A DNA stretch of 64,000 bases from Octopus vulgaris (GCA_951406725.2 OX597815.1:196230001-196294000); one strand, 5' to 3'; shown: positions 43,401-56,352, counted from the first letter of the stretch. Notes: generated by a model not told the origin, from the sequence alone. Made by a program: numbers and translations.

Positions 43401-43839
43401 GGATCTTTTCGGTTTGAACGGCAGTTTATTCTAGCGGTGTCATATGAAATTGTCACCCATAATTATGACCCTAGTATCGATCTATTGCATTTCAATCTGT
43501 GTTAGGGTTAGGGGTAGTTAGGGTTAGGGTTAGGGGTTGGGGGAAGGGTATCTTTTTTTCTTCACAAATGTAAATAAACCCAATCTGTTTCTTAAACGAG
43601 GGACATATTTATATGGCACAGAATGTTTATTTTTTACCTCAATACGCGTCACTAATTAGTTGAAATTGCAGAAATTGAAGAAAAAAAAAACAACAAATAT
43701 GTTACAAACTGTAGAAGTTTCTCAATAAAGCCAAGAGAAAAAGATATTTTATAAACACATTCTACCAGTATAAGAAGTTTAAAATTTTTTAGTTACCTCG
43801 AAATTATGTTAAAAACTGCCGTTCAAACCAAAAAGATCC
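43401..43839. mobile_element. Non-autonomous TIR DNA transposon carrying TTAGGG repeats
   Basis: 27-bp TIRs ggatcttttcggtttgaacggcagttt / aaactgccgttcaaaccaaaaagatcc; probable 8-bp TSD ctgatttt/ttgatttt; (TTAGGG)-like tract at 43502-43548. Confidence 0.85.
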
Positions 43840-44580
43840 TTGATTTTTTCTACTCTAATTTTCTTTTAGATGCATCTTTATGCACCATTTCACTAATCCA
43901 GGTCATTCAAAATTACTGCAAACATGCAACTAAAAGCACAGAATTTTGAACGAACAGAAAGCATTGCGTTATTCGATTCCTTCTTCACTACCATCTTTCA
44001 CTCATGAAATTGCAGTCACGATTTATCTAAAGGTTTTTACACTTGATCATTCCAGCACAACAATGTGCAAGAGAAACGGGGTTTCACTGTAACCATCCTA
44101 GATTTGTTATCCACTAATGCATTAGCTAATGTCGCAAATGCTTTTCAACACGGTAGGAGAGTAATTCATAAGAAAATAGGAAGCAGTTTAAATAAGCCGT
44201 GACTGTGTGTGTATGTGTGTTATCATAGACGCGTATTTATGGAAGTGTGTGCGTATACCGACGGCAAATTCTAATTCACTCTGTCGAACTTAATATTCAA
44301 TTTTGCTAGCTGAGTGAATTGGAGCAACGTAGCATATAGTACTATGCTTAATAGCTGAACATCTTCTTGACCGAGATTAGTATCCGCGGTTTTGTTACTG
44401 GAGCATAGTTGACAATTGGGTCACACTCACTATATGTTATGATGTTCACATACAATTTCTGGCATTAAATGTATAATCTAAATTATATTTATCTATACTT
44501 GCATGAAGGAATACTTGTATATGTTTCACAATCTCTATATATTTTACATATACGATATTCCGCCTTAAATAGTAGTAGTA

Positions 44581-44629
<49 letters not shown>

Positions 44630-44630
<1 letters not shown>

Positions 44631-44806
44631 CCTTCCCACTGAAAGCACAACGCCTGAAATTTGGGTGGAGCAACGTCAAAAACTGGAGCAACGTGAAACA
44701 AAGTGTCTTGCTCAAGAACACAACACGCAGCCCGGTCCGGGAATCGAACTCACAACCTCACGATCGTAAGCGCGACGCTCTAACCACTGAGCCATGCCCC
44801 TTCGCA
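44630..44806 (-). mobile_element. tRNA/CORE-like SINE fragment joined to a family-A-type tail
   Basis: Minus-strand tggctcagtggttagagcg...gagttcgattccc, then gttgtgttcttgagcaagacac; ends in (ATT)n. Confidence 0.8.
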
Positions 44807-45504
44807 CCATTGGATAAGGGTCCGTATTATTACTGGATTCAAGTGGTCAGCTCAAGACAAGTATATTATACTAATATCTGTGCTGATTATGTGAGACATT
44901 ATTGAGCACAGCTATAATCATTTTTTCTATCCACCTATCAATGTAGCTATCTATAATCTCATATGTTTTATGCGTATCTGTCTCTATCCGTGTGCATCAT
45001 TAAATGTATATAGAATGTTAAGTGATTATTCGCAATTTACATATGAGCTATATATATTAATAGCTTTTTTACAAGAGTAGCATTAAATGTACGCTCATTT
45101 TAAATACGTTATTTTCGTGTTTTGATTCAGTTTATTTAAACCTAGATAATATATCAGACGTTATTATTCTTTTGATCATAGTTCTCTAATTTCAATTTTC
45201 TCTTGCTTTCGTTCCATTAGTCTTTATTTGTGTTGATTACATTAGAACAGCTAAAACATTCAATTCGCACCTCTATTTCTCATATAAACTTGTTCTTCTT
45301 ACAAACAGTATTCTACATCGTGGAAAATAATCGAAAACTTATTTGATGACATGGAATCACGGAATTTATTGAGTTATTACATGCGTATCAAAATAAGATG
45401 GTAGAATTCTGCACAAACTTTGCTACAAATTTATGTGCAAAATATTTAATCGTAATTACTTCTTGATCATTTTACAGTTATTACATTTCTAATAATTTTA
45501 ACGA

Positions 45505-45668
45505 GGCGTAAGAGTGGCTGATTGGTACGTAGCTTGCTTACCAACCACATGGTTCCGGGTTCAGTCCCACGCGTGGCACTTTGGGCAAGTGTTTTCTACT
45601 AGAGCCTCGGGACGACCAAAGCCTTGTGAATGGATTTGGTAGACGGAAACTGAAAGAAGCCCGTCGTA

Positions 45669-45713
<45 letters not shown>

Positions 45714-45814
45714 ATATGTAAATATATATAGATATATATATATCAATATGTAAATATATATAGATATATATATATCAATATGTAAATATATATAGATATA
45801 TATATATCAATATG

Positions 45815-45865
<51 letters not shown>

Positions 45866-46078
45866 ACGTGTATATATGTTTGTGTCTGTGTTTGTCCCCC
45901 CTGCCCAACATCACTTCACAACCGATGCTGGTGTGTTTACGTCCCCGTAACTTAATGGTTCGGCAAAAGAGGCCGATAGAATAAGTACTAGGCTTCCAAA
46001 GAATAGGTCCTGGGGTCGATTTGCTCCAGTATGGCCACAGTTAAATGACTGAAACAAGTAAAAGAGTAAAAAAGAGAG
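45505..46078 (+). mobile_element. SINE family B with a 32-bp minisatellite in its central (TA)n
   Basis: Matches other copies; unit tcaatatgtaaatatatatagatatatatata starts at 45711, 45743, 45775 and 45807. Confidence 0.9.
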
Positions 46079-46653
46079 ATAATAATAATAACAATAAAAA
46101 AAAAAAATAATAATACCAATCATGAATTTTGAGTTGTGCAGAAATGTTTTCCAATCGCCCCTAAAGGCGCCAGGTTTTATCAAGAGCAACAACAAGAGGT
46201 GACAACTTCTTCGAATTTATTCAATACAAGTGATTTCGAAGAACAAACCCCACGGGTACCAGATTAAGATGCAAGGGATTATAGTTTGAGACTTTAAAAA
46301 AATATGTCTTTGAAATAGTATGTACAAAATAGTGATGAACTGATATAGAAAGTGTTCATTCGAAGAAATGAATGATGAAAAGGAATTCTGCACCAAACAA
46401 TAAATATATAAACGTAAAAAGTTTACACGAATCTTGAACAAGGCACAGGTTTTATATGGGAAAATATAATGACATTTCTATTGACAATGGTAGAAGTATG
46501 AACTACTTTTGTGATCTTTGCTGGTAACAAGTGTAACAAAATCAACATTCACAAAAAAAGATACACATTTGCAAAACAGAAACATTGAAACTCATGCAAT
46601 GCATGTGAGTAGCAGTGCAAACAAACTTTGTTAACATTATTAGTGATCTGTAA

Positions 46654-47380
46654 ATTCTGAACAGGGAACGCATCCAATATTATATAGAGGATTAAATGTG
46701 CCGGATTAAAAAAATATATATCTTTGTCCGGAGAATTTATCAAGGAATTGGCAAGATAAAGGATATACTTTATATCACACGAAATTCGGACAGTTGGTCA
46801 GTGTCACCGCAAATGGGCTGCTACTCACTCTCTTTTACTCTTTTACCTGTTTCAGTCATTTGACTGCGGCCGTGCTGGAGCACCGCCTTTAGTCGAGCAA
46901 CTCAACCCCGGGACTTATTTTCTTTTTGTAAGCCCAGTACTTATTCTATCGGTCTCTTTTTGCCGAACCGCTAAGTGACGGGGACGTAAACACACCAGCA
47001 TCGGTTGCAAAGCAATGCTAGGGGAACAAACACAGACACACAAACACACACACACATACATATATATGTATACATATATACGACAGGCGTCTTTCAGTTT
47101 CCGTCTACCAAATCCACTCACAAGGCATTGGTCGGCCCGGGGCTATAGCAGAAGACACTCGCCTAAGATGCCACGCAGTGGGACTGAACCCGGAACCATG
47201 TGGTTGGTTAGATTCTGAACAGGGAACGCATCCAATATTATATAGAGGATCAAATGTGCCGGATTAAAAAAATATATATCTTTGTCCGGGAAATTTATCA
47301 AGGAATTGGTAAGATAAAGGATATACTTTATATCACACGAAATTCGGACAGTTGGTCAGTGTAACCGCAAATGGGCTGCT
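46654..47380 (+). repeat. 169-bp direct repeat (46654-46822 and 47212-47380) flanking a SINE
   Basis: About 5 substitutions between the two copies; both abut the SINE ends. Confidence 0.95.
46823..47211 (-). mobile_element. SINE family B, slightly 5'-truncated
   Basis: Very similar to 50226-50631. Confidence 0.92.
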
Positions 47381-47474
47381 TCATCTACCAATTTGTGCTG
47401 TCCACCGATCAGAAGAAGGGATTAAAACCGTGATGCATGCGGAATAAGAATCAGATGCAGAACAACATATTTCG

Positions 47475-47717
47475 GGTGGAGTCACATAGCCTAGTGGTTA
47501 GAGCAGCGGGCTCGCGGTCGAGGGATTGCGGGTTCGAATCTCAGACCGGGTAATGTGTGTGTTTATTAGAGAGACTTTCTCTCACTCTTTCCTCCTGCAT
47601 CTTGCAGCTCACCTGCGACAGCCCAGCGTCCCGTCTAGATGGGGAACCTATATGCCAAGAAGGCGGGAAACCGGCCCTAATGAGCAAGGCATGGCTCGAG
47701 AAGGAACAAACAATAAT
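47475..47717 (+). mobile_element. tRNA-headed SINE (family C-like head, third tail type)
   Basis: tagcctagtggttagagc A box, ggttcgaatctc B box, (aac/aat)n tail; TSD aacatatttcg at 47464-47474 and 47718-47728. Confidence 0.88.
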
Positions 47718-49094
47718 AACATATTTCGCCACGAATCGAAAACTAGACTGAATATATAGGGAGCCTAGTGGAAAATTGGATAGTGAAATGATATCAATAC
47801 ACTGTTGCCACAGGTAAATGATGTTTTAACACGGCGTGAACCATTTCTTACCCACCTTGACATTCGAATTGCATGTGAGATTGTTTGCTGCAGAAGAATG
47901 TTAGCAACAGAGCAACGGACACATGGATTGCTATATCATGAAGAGTAATTATGATTTTGTATCATTTTGAAAACTTGTTTTACCTGGAGAATATTGCATA
48001 TTAACCACACGGTTTTAATGTGCTCATTCAATGCACACAGGTCGTGAATTTAGTAGAGTGGTTGAAAGTAATGAATTGTAGATAGGTTATTGTTCACTTT
48101 TGGCAAACTATTAAATTAGAGATAAGACGATGGTGAACACCAAAGTGGCGATGCGCGCATAGGAAAATATTCTTTAGATAAAACTTGTCAACGTATAACA
48201 AAATAGATATTGGAAAGGTGGTTAGGATAGGTGGTTAGAAATGACATTATCTACCATAGTCCAATCATTATAATTGTGCTCGCAAATGTCTTTGACATGA
48301 AACAGGAAAATTGCATTGTCGAAGGTTGAAAACGTTGACCAGAGTCACAAAGTATCGATGGCCATTTGGTATGTATGAGTTTTTGTTATAAGAAAAAGAA
48401 AAATTAACGGGCAGTATATAAGGCGATATAAAGATTGATGGTCAGTGCTTGAAATATGAACGACCGGGTCAAGTTTGGAAGTCTGTTCAGTTTAGATACT
48501 CAAGATAATATTTTGTCTGCAAAAAATTAAAAGCAATATGAATTTAACGAGATATTTTCCGATTGTGAAGAACCCCAACCAATTTCAAACTTGAACAATA
48601 TTCAAATGTATTTTCGTTGCCAACATTTGGCCAAACCTGTATTTTTACAGAATTAACACAGCTAACTCTCATGAGAAGATGGATTTTTCTCCTGCATGCT
48701 GTAGGCATGGCATTATATTTTCAAACAATACTCAAGGGAAGGCTTATAATTTAGGTACATACCAGAGATTATTATTTCGTTGATAAGCAACAACTCTCTG
48801 TAAATCTCGTTGGTATTCTTTCATTAAAGTCAGTAAAGAGAGCGTGGTTAATATAATTGTCCATGTCCACTGTGGATTGGTAGACATTTGATTAATTAGT
48901 TTGTATAACCTGAAGGAGGTCGGACACTCTCCCACAATGCAGGTTTGAGGGCGATAAAACATCAACATAGCATAATGTTTAATGGTTTACTCTTCTGATG
49001 ATAATATATGTTACATAAATGAAGGTTTTGGTATTCATATGCATATAAGACTAAAATACGCGTAAACAATTGGAAATACACATAAATATAGCTA

Positions 49095-49252
49095 TTTGTT
49101 AAGACGCTTGCTTTCCAAATACACGGTTCCGAGTTCAGTCCCACTGCGTGGTAACTTTGGAATGTCTACTCGAGTATTGCCTCGGACTGGCATGATCCTT
49201 GTGAGTTGATTTGATAGATGGAGACTGAAAAAACGGGCCATACATGTACATA

Positions 49253-49296
<44 letters not shown>

Positions 49297-49478
49297 ATCA
49301 CCACTTGACAGCTGGTGCTTGTGTTTTTACATCACCATAACTTCGCGATTCGGCAAAAGTGACCGAGAGAATAAGTACCAGATTTATAAGAAGCAAGTAC
49401 TGGGGTCGACACATTCGGCTGAAAATTCATGGCCGCAGTCTAATGACTGAAACAAGTAGAAGATAAAAGACGAAAGAT
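49095..49478 (+). mobile_element. Older SINE family B copy
   Basis: Diverged match to other copies. Confidence 0.8.
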
Positions 49479-49498
49479 ACACACACACACACACACAC

Positions 49499-49551
<53 letters not shown>

Positions 49552-50225
49552 CAGAAACAGGCATTTACTATGTATATGTGACTTTTTGCTGTGTATGATT
49601 CTGTGAGTGAGAGCATGCTTGTGTGTGTTGAAAGACGGAGAATATAATCAACTATAGATGACAGAACTTTACAAAGACATGTCCTCGAATTCTAATTCCA
49701 CGGAGACTGTCAGATGGACTGAAAATAGAATTCGATGCATCTTCAATCATCCATTACTCTATATGTATTTTATATGTATTTGGAATAAACCGCTGAATGA
49801 GCCGAACATGTTTTCCTCTGCCACAAGAGTCCAGGCAAAGCAAGTTAATATACGTGTGTGTATATGTTTGTGTGTTTGTTAGAATATAGGCGCATATGTC
49901 CGTATAATTCCCAACATTTCTCGTCGACTGTAGTCGTGGATTATCGCTTTGGCTCAGGCTAAATTCAGCCTGTTCCTGATTTTAGAAAATCCTTTTCTAT
50001 TAGTCTAGATTTTTCTATGAAATATGCATCAATTCTACATATTATATATGCATAAATGTTACCAGCACGTGGATTATAAGATCACTCACTTCCCCTACTC
50101 AATCTTTTAGTCTTTTTTTTCCCTCTACATTTGCCCCTTTTCTTCTCTCCATGTTTCTGCGTGTCCTTGTGTCTGTGTGTTCGTCTGTGTGTTGTGTGCT
50201 TTCATTTTTATTACTTCCATGATCT

Positions 50226-50631
50226 ATACTCTTTTACTTGTTTCAGTCATTTGACTGCAGCCATGCTGGAGCACCGCCTTTAGTCGAGCAACTCCACCCC
50301 GGGACTTATTCTTTTGTAAGCCCAGTACTTATTCTATCGGTCTCGTTTGCCGAACCGCTAAGTAACGGGGACATAAACACACCAGCATCGGTTGTCAAGC
50401 AATGCTAGGGGAACATACACAGACACACAAACATATACACACACACTTATATATATATATATATATATACAACATGCTTCTTTCAGTTTCCGTCTACCAA
50501 ATCCACTCACAAGGCATTGGTCGGCCCGGGGCTATAGCAGAAGACACTTGCCCATGATGCCACGCAGTGGGACTGAACCCGGGACCATGTGGTTGGTTAG
50601 CAAGCTACTAACCACACAGCCACTCCTGCGC
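50226..50631 (-). mobile_element. SINE family B, full length
   Basis: From ctcttttacttgtttcag to cacacagccactcctgcgcc. Confidence 0.92.
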
Positions 50632-51620
50632 CTATGTCTAACTTTTTCCAAATGTATTAACTATATCATTCCCTAGCTGTTGCTGCTGCTGGTGATGCAG
50701 ATGCAGTTTTGTGGTTGCTGTTGTTGCTAAAGCTACTTTAACGTGGATGCCACTGGAATCAATCGACTATGGGCGTTTCGCATGTTAAGTTCATTGAAAA
50801 CAGGAAACTCGTAGGCTGGCACGTAAGATATCCGGAGCTGTCTTCCCGATGGAATCTATTGACGGAACTGCATTGGTTATACCATGTCAAGGCTCTATTC
50901 CTGGAATTATTGATCTATTGATCCATTGATTTTAGCAGTCAACCAAACTTATGTGCTACTAATTCTGCAAAATATAACAAAAACAAAAAAAAAACAAAAA
51001 CAAAGAATAAATGCAAATGTTATTTGAGTTATAACTGTATCACGTTCATAAGTTGAAAGCATTTCTAAAAGATTATTTAGTAGCTACTATACCCTCAGAT
51101 TTCAGAATCTTTTCCACTTTTCTTCCTCTTTTCTACTACCTCTCTTCCTCGGTTACTTTCTCGTGTGCGAATACACACACACACATACACTCACACACAT
51201 ATGCATACACTCGCACACACATACCCAGACACATAATCACTGCCAGTTGTTTACACTTACATGTACTTTCATGTATTCACTCTGTCATTCATTGCAAGGT
51301 TACTTGCAAAGTTATAAAAGAAATAAAGCAATGGTAACAGAAAACGTTTTATCAGAAATACGAATTCTTGTATAAAATTCTTCATCTCCAGTAATGCAGT
51401 TAAGCCTTAGATTGCTATTATTTCTTTCTTTATGTATCCTCATAGATTTCAACAAGCTTCTCTTCAGAAAATATCAATGAATCTCATAAAATAATATTTC
51501 ATGTAAATGACAAATTTTCCACTCTAATATATATTACGTTTCCGTACTTGCACGTTTAAATTCTGAGATGATTTCTATTTTCGTAAGAATATATCTAGAA
51601 TATATATATATGTATGTATG

Positions 51621-51683
<63 letters not shown>

Positions 51684-51706
51684 GTATGTATGTATATATA
51701 TGTATG

Positions 51707-51768
<62 letters not shown>

Positions 51769-51929
51769 TCAAAATGTGACCGCGTGTTTACCGTTGGCGA
51801 TTTTTTCCTTCGTCTTCCCTTCCTTGATGTTTCCTTTTCCTATTTTTCCGATGAAGTGCTCCACTCGAAGTGTTAAATCCTCCTTCTTTCTTTCCTTTGC
51901 TGAGCGTCCAGTAACACTATATCTTTGTA

Positions 51930-52140
51930 GGGTATTTATCCTCATCTTTTTTGTTGTTAACACAACATTTCGGCTGGTATACTCTCCAGCCTTCATCAGG
52001 TGTCTTGCAGAAATTTCCCAGGTTTGAAATTTCCCTGTGGCACCTGATAAAAGCTGGAGGGCATATCTGCCGAAAACTTGTGTTAACAACAATCAAGATG
52101 AGTACAAATATCCGTCAATTGTAAATAATATAAATAATGT
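51930..52140. mobile_element. Head-to-head inverted pair of the hammerhead-bearing tail also seen at 2840-2970
   Basis: About 85-bp arms. Minus copy gacac-CTGATGA-a-ggctg-gagagtatac-cagcc-GAA-atgt-t-gtgtt (51959-52004); degenerate plus copy 52039-52084. Confidence 0.8.
51959..52004 (-). ncRNA. Putative minimal type I hammerhead ribozyme motif (canonical CUGAUGA core)
   Basis: 5-bp stem I, CUGAUGA, 5-bp stem II closed by G-C, GAA, short stem III AUGU (probably CpG-decayed ACGU), U17. Confidence 0.6.
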
Positions 52141-52500
52141 CGAAGAAGCATGTTTCGCCACCACATTGTCCCTGATTGTGTCCCACTGAGTGGCACAAGG
52201 GGAAAGCCGACCACATCCTTGGAAGTGGATTTGGTTAACGAAAACTGAAAGAAGTCGATCGTATATGCATATATATGTGCATGTGTGTAAGTGTGCTGGT
52301 TTCTATGCATGTGTGTGTGTGTGCACGTATATATGTGTGCGTATGTCTTTGTGCCTGTGTTTGACCCCACGAAAATAAGTACTAGATAAAATAAGTACTA
52401 GGCTTTGAAGAAAGGTGTGTTGGGATCGATTCATTCAATAAAAAGTTTTTGAAGTCGGTGCCTCAGCATGGTCGCGGTTTGATGACAGGATCAATAAAAG
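52141..52500 (+). mobile_element. Old SINE family B copy
   Basis: Diverged match (tcccactgagtggcac...ggatttgg...gaaaactgaaagaag...cagcatggtcgc). Confidence 0.7.
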
Positions 52501-52502
52501 AT

Positions 52503-52549
<47 letters not shown>

Positions 52550-52856
52550 GGAGCACTCCGTCGGTTTCGACGACGAGGGTCCCAGCTGATACGATCAACG
52601 GAACAGCCTGTTCATGAAATTAACGTGCAAGTGACTGAGTAATCTACAGACACGCGTACCCCTAACGTAGTTCTCAGGGAGATTCAGTGTGACAAGGCCC
52701 GGCCCTTTGAAATACAGGTGTAACTCATTTTTGCCAGCTGAGTGGACTGGAGCAAATAAAGTGTCTTTCTCACGGACACAACGCATCCCCGGGAATCGAA
52801 CTCACGACCTTACAATCGTGAACCGAATGCCGTAACCACTAAGACACGCGCCTTCA

Positions 52857-52857
<1 letters not shown>
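52550..52857 (-). mobile_element. tRNA/CORE-like SINE sharing its 3' tail with family C
   Basis: 52550-52720 matches 61879-62060; head and body differ (CORE-like gttgtgtccgtgagaaagacac). Confidence 0.85.
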
Positions 52858-52953
<96 letters not shown>

Positions 52954-53027
52954 CATTCCGATATGCATATACTTATGCGAAAGTAAATATATATATATTT
53001 GCGAATCTCTGTGAGTAAATGTGGTTT

Positions 53028-53067
<40 letters not shown>

Positions 53068-53904
53068 GTGTCTGTCTGTCTGTCATATATATATGTATGT
53101 GTGTGTTTGTCTGTCTGTGTATGTGTGTATATGGCGTTTGTATACACATTCACTTACGACAATATCATCTTAATGCATCATACATTAATTTCATTGTGTA
53201 TATTTCCAGTGGCCTTTTGTTATTTATTCATTCTTTGTATCTTAATTCATAAGCACTTTTCCGCTTATTTAGCCTAATTGCTTGAGTAAATATTTCCCTC
53301 ATATGATTGTATGTACCAATTAGCTTTCATATCTTTGAGATAGAAGCAACATAAAACAAAATAAATAATTAAAGAAAAATGGAATGACTTTTTCATTGCA
53401 ATATGTGAAAAATATGATGTAGTTACTCTTTCAGAAATATTTTGCTATCTTAGGAAAATGTTTATTTGTATGTTGTATTTTTTTAACGACCCAGTTCATT
53501 GACGATTAAGGCAACTTTAAACAAATCTGCAAATGACAACATGTCGTTGCATTCATAAGTATGTATTTACTAGCAGCATGTGTTTGTTTCAAGTTCAATC
53601 TGTAAATGATGGCAAGATATTATCTTTTTAAGAAAGTGGAGCTATGTATGGCAGCATGATTGATATTTCCCTTGAATCAGTTCCATATTTATGAAAATAA
53701 ATACATTTCATAAAGGGTAGGAAAGATTTGTAATTGAAAAGAAGAACATTCATCAAAATTTAATTTCCTGGTAGCCATTTTAGCGAGTCATAAGTAGAGA
53801 CTGATCAAGATTTCAATCCAGAACTCATACTGAGGAAATTAAATAATGCAAATAATTTTGCGCAGATCTTACTATTCGAAACACTCGTCAGTATTATATT
53901 AACT

Positions 53905-54373
53905 CTTCATCATTAAATAGTATTGGTTTTAATAGCAATAGGGACGACTATAGCAAGAAGTAGTACAATGTAATAGAAAGTGGATCGCAACTGTGCCGAG
54001 TTGTCTCGTAGAATTGACTGCCTATTGACATCAACACCAGGAAGAAGAACAACAACAATAATTATAACAATCCTTTCTATAATAGGCACAGGTCCTGAAA
54101 TTTTGAAGGGAGAGGAATAGTCGATTACATCGACCCCAATACTAACGATTCTGCCAGCTGGCCGCCTTAACATTATTAATAATATTGATAAATCTTTAAA
54201 ATTTTTGGCAGATTCTAGTAGTTTTGAGGGGAAATGGTTGTCGATTACATCGTCCCCCATCATCCACCAATCTGACGGCTATTTCTGGGATGAATAGCAG
54301 AGACAACTACAGCGGAACAGCACAAGATATTTCGCCCGACGCGAAATAATAAATGCTGTAATAATAATAATAA

Positions 54374-54405
<32 letters not shown>

Positions 54406-54863
54406 ATGATGATAATGAATAACGGCAATAAAATACATATATATCCTGTCACTACAGAACAGACCTACGATGAGCGGTCTTGTTCTTCCCCGTCCTGTTA
54501 TGTAGTAATACCTTAGAATTCGTTGGTTAACACATGAGTTATAGATACGGCCGTGAAGCTGGTTGAAACGCTTGGACATCGATCAAATTGCTTAGCGGTC
54601 TTTTATTCAAATTATGCCGAGCTCGACATTGCCTTTTATCCCTTCGTGATCAATGTGATGAGTACCAGTTAAACACTAACTATTATAGAAAGGATCGTTA
54701 TAATTATTGTTGTTGTTTTTCTTCTTCCTGTTATTGATGTCATTAGGCTGTCAATTCTACGAGACAACTCGGCACAGTTGCGATACACTTTCTATTACGT
54801 TGTACTACTTCTTGCTCTTGTCGTCACTATTGCTATTAAAACCAATACTATTTAATGATGAAG
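53905..54863. repeat. About 180-bp inverted repeat (53905-54085 / 54680-54863)
   Basis: Arms are reverse complements, roughly 90% identical by eye; the approximately 595-bp spacer holds old family A fragments. Confidence 0.92.
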
Positions 54864-56201
54864 GTACATGAAAAACACTTTCCTCCTCCTCCCAAACTTG
54901 CTGGCTTTGTGCCAAATTTTGAAACCAACATCCGTTAGAGTTTTAAATGTTTGATTTTAACTGAGGCGAGACTGATCACTATTTCCAGCCGATTGTGTGG
55001 TTACGCAGAGTCTCTGTCCCTCGCTTTACTAGTTTTATTGTTGAGATGATGAAAGTTATGGACTTATGCAGTGTAACGAATATCAATCACTCTTTTGCGA
55101 CGCTATTTAATTTTACATTACAGACAGTTTCTTTGCAAGCAATGACATTAATGATATTGAATACTACTTATCTAATGTCTACCGCCTAGTTAATGAGACT
55201 TCAAGCTACGCCATGATGTATTAAGTTATCGATAATTTTGATAAATTATTTAGTCAAACATAGAAAAGCATTCATTCAGTGTAGCGTCTGTCCAGACTCC
55301 TCTGCAGGTGCAGCGCAGTGTCTAGTCAATAAGACATTCGAGGTTTTATGACTTGTCACCAAATTGACAGTGATAACAAACATGCGGACGGCAATAACTG
55401 TGATGATGTTGATGAAAAGAAGGAGGAACAGAGGTAGGAAGAGGAGGAGGAGGAGGAAGAGGAGGAGGAGGAGGCGGTAAAAGAAAGGTTTAGTTTGTTA
55501 TTGTAGCATTAGTTCAGTTTACAGTTATTTAATGACTCATATGCCAAAAGATAAAAGAAAAGGAAAGATAAAAAAAAATATCGTAATTTTATATTAAAAA
55601 TTGTAATGTTTTAGTTTGAATGGCAAATTGCGTTGCAAATGTGGAAGCCATTAATGAAATGTATCATTTTTCCTTTTCTTGAAGATTTCGGATTTTAAAA
55701 GAGAAATATCAAAATTAAACATTGAGAAAAAATGTCTATGTCAAAAACATTCTTAACGACATATGCGTAAGGAAATTTATCATTCATCTTCTTAATGGCT
55801 TTTATGCTTTAAATTAAGAAGGAAAAAAAAAAAACACTAGATACGTTCCGAAATATCAAACCAAACATTTAAAACATTAGATAGTGCTAATATAGCTAAA
55901 GCAATTTCATTCAACAAAGAAATGTCCAATGTTAGTTAATCTATTAAAATCTTTCTTCCCATCATCCTTTGTATATTTCTATAATTTACTCATTAAATAC
56001 TACCGCGTAAAGCGATATCATGTCTTCGTCTCTTCCCGTTTCAGATATGTTTTTCCAGGATGTGTTTTTCTTTTTGTAATCAGAATTCCGATACAAATCA
56101 GGCAACCCCATTTCTCGTTCTCTTCGATCTTCCTATATTTTATATATTTTCTTTGCGCATAATCAATACATACGCCTCAAAACACACAGAGACACACACA
56201 C

Positions 56202-56260
<59 letters not shown>

Positions 56261-56267
56261 AGTTTAA

Positions 56268-56318
56268 TTTGTCAAAATATTTTCGTCGCTTTGAGACCGC
56301 GACCTGTTCACTGACAAA
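56268..56318 (-). ncRNA. Putative minimal type I hammerhead ribozyme with G3:C8 swapped core
   Basis: Minus strand: UUUGUCA-GUGAACA-G-GUCGC-ggucucaaa-GCGAC-GAA-AAUAUU-U-UGACAAA; perfect 7-bp stem I, 5-bp stem II, palindromic stem III. Confidence 0.65.
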
Positions 56319-56352
56319 AATGTTAGTGAACAGATCGCGGTCTCAAAGCGAC

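Larger units (their letters stand above)
46100..48900 (+). pseudogene. Heavily decayed L1/Tx1-like element, interrupted by two SINEs
   Basis: Weak fragments IKCAGLKK..FISHEIR (endonuclease-start-like), REPSGKL, and ANVFD (compare KAFD); many stops; boundaries approximate. Confidence 0.3.

Noticed and set aside
43502-43548. True telomere or chromosome fusion site
   Set aside because: Short, degenerate and enclosed within a TIR element.
47475-47550. tRNA gene-like sequences (also near 3100-3171, 44735-44806, 52785-52857, 62190-62275)
   Set aside because: A and B boxes are present, but they run into SINE bodies, some with TSDs, and I could not find a proper acceptor stem; these are SINE heads.
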